Shown here piece after piece: positions 8,203 through 15,243 of a DNA stretch of 64,000 bases. The notes under the pieces are model-generated. The model worked only from the letters and a program-made list of their open reading frames with translations, was not told the origin of the DNA and searched no databases. The stretch's first letter is position 1. Each line of letters starts with the position of its first letter. The DNA comes from Nannocystales bacterium (GTDB taxonomy: Bacteria > Myxococcota_A > Polyangia > Nannocystales > Nannocystaceae), in contig JBOEGF010000018.1 in the NCBI GenBank assembly GCA_050633305.1, positions 672,001 through 736,000 on the forward strand, written 5' to 3'. Both the position numbers and the translations under genes were made by a program.

Positions 8203-10695
8203 ATGCCTTACGCTTCGTTTCGCGTTCTTGCTGTGTCTGTGTTGCCGGCGGTTGTGTTGTTGGGTTGCGGTGATGACACGACCGCGACCCCGACGGAAGG
8301 GTCCACGGGCACCCCTGAGACGACCACAGACGATGGGACCACGACGGGCGGGGGGACCACGATGGGGTCCACGACGTCCGTCGATCCGGATGGGTCCGGA
8401 TCCGGCTCGACGAGCGCCGACGGGAGCACGACGTCGGGGGGCGAGAGCAGCAGCTCGAGTACCGGGACACCCAACCTCGACCCTGAGGCTGAGGACGACT
8501 TCTATCTGACCGACACCGCCGCAGCTCCACTCGCTGTGGATGCGGCGGCGGGCGTGCTCGGGAACGACGCCGACCCGGAGGGGGAGGACCTCGCGGTCTC
8601 GGACTTCGATGCGGTGAGCGAGGCCGGTGGAACCGTCGAGGTCCAGCCGGACGGTGCCTTCGTCTACACCCCGCCAGATCCATTTTGGGGAGAGGACGCG
8701 TTCACCTACACCACCGCGGACCCCCTGGGCGGCACCGCTCAGGCACGGGTCCGCGTTGCCGTGGCCCCGACCTCGGAGTCGCTCGCGGAGGTCGTCGCTG
8801 CCACGGCTGGAGTCCGGGTGAGCGGACCGAGCTCGGGCGATCGGTTCGGTGTCTCTGTCGCCGGTGGCGCCGATGTGAACGGCGACGGCTTTGCCGACAC
8901 GGTTTATGGAGCTGATGATGCGCTCGCCGACGGTCGCGGCGCGGCCTACGTCGTGTTCGGCGGTCCCGACGCAGCAGCGATCGACGGTGCCGATGTCGAG
9001 GCGGAGACTGGCGGCTTCGCCATCTTGGGACCCGCGGCGGCGTCATCGACCGGGTTTTCGGTCGCCATGCTCGGGGATGTCTCCGGGGATGGCCTCGGCG
9101 ACATCGCGGTCGCCGTGACGGATGGCGGGGGTCCCGGAGGGGTCTACGTCGTGTTCGGGTCCGCTGCACCGGGGACCGTCGATCTCGCCGCGCTCGGCGG
9201 CGATGGATTCGAGATCACCGGGGGAGACTCCTTTGGCCAATCCGTGGCGGCGGCCGGAGATGTCAACGACGACGGGTTGCAGGACATCGTGGTGGGCGAC
9301 CCTGACGCCGGCGGTGGCAGCGGGGCGGCCGTGGTTGTGTTTGGGAAGTCCGGCACGGAGACGGTCGACGGCGCAGCTCCGGGCGCGGAGGGGTTTAGGG
9401 TCGATGGAACGGTTGCCGGAGGCTCTCTTGGGTTTGCGGTTGCGGGCGCCGGTGACGTCAACGTTGACGGTTTCGACGATGTGGTGATCGGTGCGTCGGA
9501 GTCTGCGGTCGTCGGGCGGGTACTCGTCGTGTTCGGAAAACCGGATACCGCCGCTGTGTCGGAGGACGACCTCGCCGTTGCGGCGGATGGCGGCATCAGC
9601 ATCACCGGAGGCGCAGCGTTCGACCTCGTGGGCCGTTCGGTGGCGGGGGCGGGTGACGTCAACGGAGATGGGCGGCCTGACATCATCTTCGGAGCGCCGG
9701 GCATCGATGTCGGAGATGACAACGGTGCGGGTCGTGTCTTCGTCCTGTTCGGTGGCGTGGACATCGAGAGCACGACACTGGATGCCCTCGCGATGGGCGT
9801 CGGGGGCTTCGCGCTCGACGGCGCGAACCAGTTCGATTTTGCCGGCTGGTCGGTCGCGGGGGCCGGCGACGTCAACCGCGATGGGTTCGCAGACATCATC
9901 GTCGGCGCACAAGGAGCGGACACCCCGGTGAGCAACGCCGGCCGGGCCTATGTTCTATACGGTGCGTCCGATCTCGCGGGCGGAAGTCTTGCGGACTTTC
10001 CGGTCGGGGATGGTGGGTTTCATCTCGACGGGGAGGCGTTTGAGCACTTCGCGGGCGGTGCCGTTCACGGGTCTTCTGACCGCAACGGCGACGGGTTCGA
10101 CGACCTCGCGCTAGGCTTGCCCGAAGCCGAGTCCGACGCGGGGTTGGGCTATGTCTGCTTCGGCGGCAACTACGTCGGTGTCGACCGGCTTGGCTTCACG
10201 GCCGAGGCCGACATCGTGGTGGGCAGTGAGGCCGCTGAGACGCTGGTCGGCGGCCGGGGGGACGACGAACTGCAGTCCTTCGGGGGGGCCGATGTCCTGA
10301 GCGGCGGGGCAGGGGACGACGTCGTCAGCATCATCGACGGAGGCTTCTTCCGCATCGACGGTGGAAGTGGAACGGACACGCTTCGACTCGAGGGCAGCGG
10401 GTTCTCGCTCGATCTCGCGAACTTCTTCGACGCTGCGATCAACGGTATCGAGGTCATCGACCTGACCGGTGAGGGCGACAACGGGCTGTTCCTGGGCACC
10501 CATGAGCTGCTCGCACTCTCACCCACCAGCAACACGCTGAGGGTCCTGGGGGATGCCGGGGACCAACTCGTGGCTGACCTCGCCGGGGCGGGCTTCGTGG
10601 ACGAGGGGTCGGACGGAATGGTCACGACCTACTCGAACGGCGTTGCATCCATTGTTGTCGATGATGCGGTCGATGCGTTTGTATCCCTGGACTGA
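8203..10695 (+). CDS. Lipoprotein adhesin: Ig/cadherin-like (Big_9) domain + FG-GAP/integrin-alpha propeller + RTX-like Ca-binding repeats
   Basis: LLGC lipobox, GVLGNDADPEG..DGAFVYTP..FTYT, multiple GDVNGDGxxDxxxGA repeats and GGxGDD nonapeptides. Confidence 0.85.
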   Translation: MPYASFRVLAVSVLPAVVLLGCGDDTTATPTEGSTGTPETTTDDGTTTGGGTTMGSTTSVDPDGSGSGSTSADGSTTSGGESSSSSTGTPNLDPEAEDDFYLTDTAAAPLAVDAAAGVLGNDADPEGEDLAVSDFDAVSEAGGTVEVQPDGAFVYTPPDPFWGEDAFTYTTADPLGGTAQARVRVAVAPTSESLAEVVAATAGVRVSGPSSGDRFGVSVAGGADVNGDGFADTVYGADDALADGRGAAYVVFGGPDAAAIDGADVEAETGGFAILGPAAASSTGFSVAMLGDVSGDGLGDIAVAVTDGGGPGGVYVVFGSAAPGTVDLAALGGDGFEITGGDSFGQSVAAAGDVNDDGLQDIVVGDPDAGGGSGAAVVVFGKSGTETVDGAAPGAEGFRVDGTVAGGSLGFAVAGAGDVNVDGFDDVVIGASESAVVGRVLVVFGKPDTAAVSEDDLAVAADGGISITGGAAFDLVGRSVAGAGDVNGDGRPDIIFGAPGIDVGDDNGAGRVFVLFGGVDIESTTLDALAMGVGGFALDGANQFDFAGWSVAGAGDVNRDGFADIIVGAQGADTPVSNAGRAYVLYGASDLAGGSLADFPVGDGGFHLDGEAFEHFAGGAVHGSSDRNGDGFDDLALGLPEAESDAGLGYVCFGGNYVGVDRLGFTAEADIVVGSEAAETLVGGRGDDELQSFGGADVLSGGAGDDVVSIIDGGFFRIDGGSGTDTLRLEGSGFSLDLANFFDAAINGIEVIDLTGEGDNGLFLGTHELLALSPTSNTLRVLGDAGDQLVADLAGAGFVDEGSDGMVTTYSNGVASIVVDDAVDAFVSLD

Positions 10696-10747
10696 GTCGG
10701 TTTGACGCACCGCGACTGTGCTGCGTACCGTTTGAGAGAGCATCGCC

Positions 10748-11911
10748 ATGGACATCGCTAGCATTGGACCGCTCGACGTCGAACCCGAGCAGGTTCGCCG
10801 AGCGTTCGAGGCCGTTGCCGACCGACTCGAGGGCCGCAAACTCGGCTTTCTCTACCTTCCGCACGACGTCGACGCGGGGCCGCTGTTGAAGGCCGCGTGC
10901 GACGGTCTCGGGGACCGAGTGGTGGGCGCCACGACGGGCGGGGCGGCCTTTACCGAGCGTGGCTTCACGCGTGACGGTGTCGTCGGAGGGGTGATCGGCG
11001 GAAGCGGATTCGACTATTCGGTGGCCGTGGCCCACGACCTCTCCCCGCGCAAGACACAACGCCTCGAAGACGCGTGTGGGGAGCTGGTCGTCGCTGCGCG
11101 GAAGTCGGTGAGCCGTGTTCCCGCGTTGTTGGCCCTTGGCGACGGTCGCTCCATCGATGGCGTTGCTTTAACCGAGACGCTCAGCCGCAGCCTCCCACCG
11201 CACTGGCGTATCTTCGGCGGGACCGCAGGAGACTCCCTCGTCTTCGAGGACCGATCTCGGGTCTTCGTCGACGGCGAGGTGCTCGACGGGGCGGCGGTCC
11301 TCGTGGGCTTGTTCTCGGACTCGAACTGCGGCGTGGCGGTTGGGCATGGTTGGTCAGCCGTGCAGGGGGCCAAGGAACTCGCGGTGAGTGAGATCGACGG
11401 GCACAACCTGATCGGGCTCGATGGGCGCCCCGCGGCGGAGGTGTTCGGGGAGGAGCTACACCGCTTGGGGTTGGTGCCGGATCCCGCAGTGCTCGTCCCC
11501 GACGCGTCGCGGTATCAATTCGGGGCGCGCTCGCGGTTCGGTGAACTCACGGTTCGCGCGGCACTCGAGTTCCCCGGGGACGGCAGCATCCGTCTCGCCG
11601 GAGGGGTCACCTTGGGGACGGTGCTGCAAGTCGTCGCGACCACGCCGGAGCGCCTGGCCGAATCTGCAAGCGAGGTCGGTCGCCGAGCGGTGGCCGAGTT
11701 CCCCGACGGAAGGACCCCTCGGGGCGGGCTGGTGTTCGATTGTGCCGGGCGCTTGGCCTATTTGGAGGACGCCTACCCAAGTCAGCTGCGTGGCTTCTTT
11801 GCCGGCCACGCGTTTCCTGTCGTCGGCGTGACCTCATACGGTGAGATCGCGAAGTTCGGTGGGAGCCTCGAGGGATTCCACAATGCTACCGCCGTGATGG
11901 CGGCATGGTGA
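10748..11911 (+). CDS. FIST-domain (FIST_N/FIST_C) signal-transduction protein
   Basis: VVGATTGG, FGGTAGD, GHGW, LDGRPA, FDCAGR, GVTSYGEI and FHNAT motifs. Confidence 0.85.
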   Translation: MDIASIGPLDVEPEQVRRAFEAVADRLEGRKLGFLYLPHDVDAGPLLKAACDGLGDRVVGATTGGAAFTERGFTRDGVVGGVIGGSGFDYSVAVAHDLSPRKTQRLEDACGELVVAARKSVSRVPALLALGDGRSIDGVALTETLSRSLPPHWRIFGGTAGDSLVFEDRSRVFVDGEVLDGAAVLVGLFSDSNCGVAVGHGWSAVQGAKELAVSEIDGHNLIGLDGRPAAEVFGEELHRLGLVPDPAVLVPDASRYQFGARSRFGELTVRAALEFPGDGSIRLAGGVTLGTVLQVVATTPERLAESASEVGRRAVAEFPDGRTPRGGLVFDCAGRLAYLEDAYPSQLRGFFAGHAFPVVGVTSYGEIAKFGGSLEGFHNATAVMAAW

Positions 11912-11915
11912 TCGA

Positions 11916-13709
11916 TTGAAGGCGCTGCTCAAGGTCGGCTACGGGTGCAACGAGCACTGCACCTTCTGCCACACGCAGGACGTCCGACACATCGACGGTG
12001 CATCCGAGGAGGTCGAGGCCAAGATCGATCGTGCGAAGGCGCTTGGCCATTCGATGGTGGTGCTCTCGGGGGGAGAATCGACGATCCGCCCCGAGTTCTT
12101 CTCTTGGGCCCGCCGCATCGCGAGTCTGGACATGGATCTGGGGTTGGTCACCAACGGTCTGGTGCTCGCCTATCCGGACGTCATCGAGCGGTTGGTCAGC
12201 CTCCGTCTGCGCTACGTCTACATGTCCTTGCACGGCGGGGAGGCGCGCATCCACAACCGCCTGGTTCGGCGAGACTCCTTCGAGGCGGCTGCGTCGGCGT
12301 TGAACAACCTCTCGGGCCGCGGGCTCGACCTGACCGCCAATTGTGTCGTCACGCGGCAGAACGTGGAGCACCTCCGGGGCTTGGTCGACCACGTCGCGCG
12401 GCTGCCCGATGTGCGCTTGAAGTTCTCGTGGGTGGAACCAAAGGGCGGGGCCGCTCATCTCCTCGAGACGTTGGTCCCCCCACTCGAAACCGCTGCTGCT
12501 GCCGTGTCGGAGGCGCTCCGTCGATGGGACGAGACGACCGGACGGCCCTCCCAGGCTGTTCACGGGGGATTTCCGTTGTGCTCGTTGCCTGGCTTCGAGT
12601 CGCGCTACGACGACCTACGCACACATGACTACTGGACCATGAGCGAGATCGGCGAGCCCGATCTGTTCCCGATCGACGATCGAAACAAGTCGAAACCCGC
12701 GCCGTGCGAGCGCTGCAATCTGCGCGGAGGCTGCCCGGGACTGTTCCGACTGTACGGCGAACGCTTTGGTCACGACATGCTCCGCCCGCGAGAGGATGGG
12801 GTCCGGAGTAACAGCATCGACTTCGTCTACGAACACATGCAGACCGATGGGTACGCCGAGGGCGACGCCTGCCCGGTTTGGGCCGCGAGCGCGCGCCCCT
12901 ACGATCGGGACCGTCACGTCTTCGTGCGGCACGGCGCGAAGGTCGGCCGTTATCGCGCGCTATCCCGGGATTTCGACGATGACGAACTCGAGCGCATGAA
13001 GTTCGACACGGCGCAGCTGTACCTCGACGCGTCCCGGAAGTCCGCACCGAACGACTTCGCCCGCGACCTCGTCAAGCTCGACCGTAGCGAGCTGTGTCGT
13101 GAGTGCCCGGGCCACGACACCTGCGCGGGGATGTTCGAGCCGCGCTTCGAGGATGTCTTTGGTCGCGATGACGCGGTCGTCCGAGCACACCTCGGGTCGC
13201 TGCGCGGCGACGTGCTCGACGTGGGCTGCGGCGAGATGCCCTACGCCGACACCCTGAGCACGGGAATCGAGTCCGGTGCGCTGCGATATCTCGGTGTCGA
13301 CCCCGACGCTGAGGCCTTGGCGGCCGTTGCGGCCCGTCTGCCGCCGGTTGAGCTCCACGTCGGCACCTTGGCCAGCATCGACCCGCAGCGAACATTCGAC
13401 CACGTCTTGGTGCTGCGGAGCTGGAACCACCTCCCCGATCCGCACGGCTTCGCGGAGCGCGTTGCGACGATGCTCCGCCCCGGTGGCTCCCTGGTGGTCG
13501 TGGACAACGTCGCCTTCGCCCTGTTGAGGACTCCGGCGCAGACACGGGTGGCCCAGGGGTCGGCCGCCCGCTGGGAGCATTGCCGAAACGATGACGACCA
13601 GCAGGCTCACAGCGTCCTCGAGAGTGCCGGGTTGACGCTGCAGCGAAGGCTGCCGATCCGCCCCTCGGGAAGCAACCAGTGGATGCTCCTGTACACTCGC
13701 CCTGCATGA
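11916..13709 (+). CDS. Radical SAM enzyme (HxsC-like) fused to class I SAM-dependent methyltransferase
   Basis: CNEHCTFC (CxxxCxxC), SGGE, TNG, PLC, CERCNLRGGCPG, a second CRECPGHDTCAG cluster, then VLDVGCG..GVDPD..FDHV..LRPGG. Confidence 0.9.
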   Translation: MKALLKVGYGCNEHCTFCHTQDVRHIDGASEEVEAKIDRAKALGHSMVVLSGGESTIRPEFFSWARRIASLDMDLGLVTNGLVLAYPDVIERLVSLRLRYVYMSLHGGEARIHNRLVRRDSFEAAASALNNLSGRGLDLTANCVVTRQNVEHLRGLVDHVARLPDVRLKFSWVEPKGGAAHLLETLVPPLETAAAAVSEALRRWDETTGRPSQAVHGGFPLCSLPGFESRYDDLRTHDYWTMSEIGEPDLFPIDDRNKSKPAPCERCNLRGGCPGLFRLYGERFGHDMLRPREDGVRSNSIDFVYEHMQTDGYAEGDACPVWAASARPYDRDRHVFVRHGAKVGRYRALSRDFDDDELERMKFDTAQLYLDASRKSAPNDFARDLVKLDRSELCRECPGHDTCAGMFEPRFEDVFGRDDAVVRAHLGSLRGDVLDVGCGEMPYADTLSTGIESGALRYLGVDPDAEALAAVAARLPPVELHVGTLASIDPQRTFDHVLVLRSWNHLPDPHGFAERVATMLRPGGSLVVVDNVAFALLRTPAQTRVAQGSAARWEHCRNDDDQQAHSVLESAGLTLQRRLPIRPSGSNQWMLLYTRPA

Positions 13710-14170
13710 GTGCTGCGCCTGGTTTTCCCGACGACGCTGCGGAGATCGATGCGGACGACGGTCGCGTGTCGCTGGTTGTCGATGCCGAGCTGTACCCGCG
13801 TGATGCCGTGTATGCGGCGGTCATGCCGATGCTCGCGACGGCCTTCGTCATGCTCGACCAGTCACCGCAGGGGAGGACCCGCATCGAGCTGCGTCCCCGC
13901 GAAGCCTCCAACCCCGGCGCGTTGCGAGCGATGCTCGGGGGGCTCGCGAACGAGCTGTTGGTCGCGACGACCCGATCGGAGATCGCAAAACGACGGGGAG
14001 GCCTGTTGGAAGCTGTCACGCGCCGCGCCGTCTCGGGCGCGATGGGTGCACCGTCGCTCGACGACCTCGAGGGCTTTGATCTGGATGGGGATGCGTTTGA
14101 AGATCCTCTGGGCATCGCCGATTCGTGGGACCGCAGCCACGGCACGCCACAAGGAAAGGACGACGCATGA
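13706..14170 (+). CDS. hxsD: His-Xaa-Ser system protein HxsD-like
   Basis: VDAELYPRDAVYAA..ANELL..R..I..EDPLGIA..W pattern. ATGA overlap with the radical SAM gene; located upstream of HxS-repeat precursors. Confidence 0.75.
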   Translation: MSAAPGFPDDAAEIDADDGRVSLVVDAELYPRDAVYAAVMPMLATAFVMLDQSPQGRTRIELRPREASNPGALRAMLGGLANELLVATTRSEIAKRRGGLLEAVTRRAVSGAMGAPSLDDLEGFDLDGDAFEDPLGIADSWDRSHGTPQGKDDA

Positions 14171-14406
14171 GCACGCTTCGATTCCACAAGGAGCTGTATT
14201 CGGGGATGGCTGTCGATGCCGCGATGAAGCGCTTCGAGCGGTTCGCGACCTTCGAGGTCGCCGATGACGCCAGCCACTGGACCGTGGTGGTGAAGGCGGA
14301 ACGCCCGGAGCAGCAGACGCAGCTGGAGCGGGAGCTGGGTAACTTCGCGTTGGGACTCACGATCGAGCGCGGTGGTCCGGACGTCGCCGAAGACGCCTCA
14401 GACTGA
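14167..14406 (+). CDS. Small HxsD-like protein
   Basis: FHKELYSGMAVDAA..ELGNFAL resembles a short HxsD repeat. ATGA overlap with the previous gene. Confidence 0.7.
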   Translation: MSTLRFHKELYSGMAVDAAMKRFERFATFEVADDASHWTVVVKAERPEQQTQLERELGNFALGLTIERGGPDVAEDASD

Positions 14407-14452
14407 TATGCTGGGCGGGCGCGACGGTTGAGTGGCGCATTGGAGTGCGAGG

Positions 14453-14776
14453 ATGGACGACGACCGCAAGACAGATGATGGCGACGCTTTGCCGAGCTTT
14501 CGCGCGGCGGCGTCATCCGTGCTGGGCACCGACGCCCGTACGATCTCCGCCCGCGCTCGCTCCGCCGCCGATGAGCCCCCAACTGCCCCGGGAGCTGTGA
14601 TCGGGGGGGAAACGGCGGCCGGTGGTGGCCCTTCCCACTGCAGCCACGGGTCGCACGGCAGCCACGGGTCGCACGGTAGTCACGGATCGCACGGCAGCCA
14701 CGGGTCGCACGGCAGCCACGGGTCGCACGGCAGCCACGGGTCGCACGGTAGCCACGGGTCGCACGGCTCCTGGTAA
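14453..14776 (+). CDS. His-Xaa-Ser repeat precursor peptide 1 (HxsA-like), core SHC(SHG)14SW
   Basis: Acidic leader, conserved LPS..VLG..AR.ISARAR..ADEPP block, and 14 in-frame SHG triplets with synonymous variation. Confidence 0.9.
   Translation: MDDDRKTDDGDALPSFRAAASSVLGTDARTISARARSAADEPPTAPGAVIGGETAAGGGPSHCSHGSHGSHGSHGSHGSHGSHGSHGSHGSHGSHGSHGSHGSHGSW
14642..14767 (+). repeat. 14 x 9-nt coding tandem repeat (18-nt higher-order period)
   Basis: agccacggg/tcgcacggc alternation read directly. Confidence 0.95.
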
Positions 14777-14886
14777 GAGGGGGCTGTAGGCCCCAGTGCG
14801 AGGCTCAAAAACGCGGTCCATCCAGCCCACGGGTCGCCCGGATCAAGCCGGCAAGCCTGATATCATCCACGAAGGGGGCGCTTCCG

Positions 14887-15189
14887 GTGAATGATCGAAA
14901 CGAAGACCAGACAGCGGACGAGACGAACGACGACACGATCGAGTTGCCGTCGTATCAAGCCTCGCCGTCTGCGGTCCTCGGCGAGAACGCCCGCGAGATT
15001 TCCGCGCGTGCCCGCGCACAGGCCGACGAGCCGCCGGCGGGCAACGACACGATCAACGGGGGCGGAACAATGTTGGCGCCCAGCCACTGTAGTCACGGCT
15101 CGCACGGCAGTCACGGCTCGCACGGCAGCCATGGCTCGCACGGAAGTCACGGTTCACACGGAAGTCACGGAAGTCACGGGAGCTGGTAG
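14887..15189 (+). CDS. His-Xaa-Ser repeat precursor peptide 2 (HxsA-like), core SHC(SHG)10SW
   Basis: Paralogue of precursor 1 with the same leader block and 10 SHG triplets. GTG start after a purine-rich stretch. Confidence 0.9.
   Translation: MNDRNEDQTADETNDDTIELPSYQASPSAVLGENAREISARARAQADEPPAGNDTINGGGTMLAPSHCSHGSHGSHGSHGSHGSHGSHGSHGSHGSHGSW
15091..15180 (+). repeat. 10 x 9-nt coding tandem repeat
   Basis: agtcacggc/tcgcacggc-type units read directly. Confidence 0.95.
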
Positions 15190-15243
15190 CCGAATGAGCC
15201 GCCCGATCGAAATCCGGAGGTGGGTGTTCGAGCCCAGCGCTGC

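Noticed and set aside
14133..14144. Single SHG near the HxsD C-terminus
   Set aside because: One tripeptide in a variable tail; likely chance.
14513..15150. Minus-strand ORFs with VRPVAA/VRAVTA repeats
   Set aside because: They are antisense shadows of the SHG arrays. Variation is synonymous only in the plus frame.
14642..15180. Tandem repeats as CRISPR or microsatellite
   Set aside because: There are no spacers or cas genes, and the 9-nt units are in-frame coding repeats.
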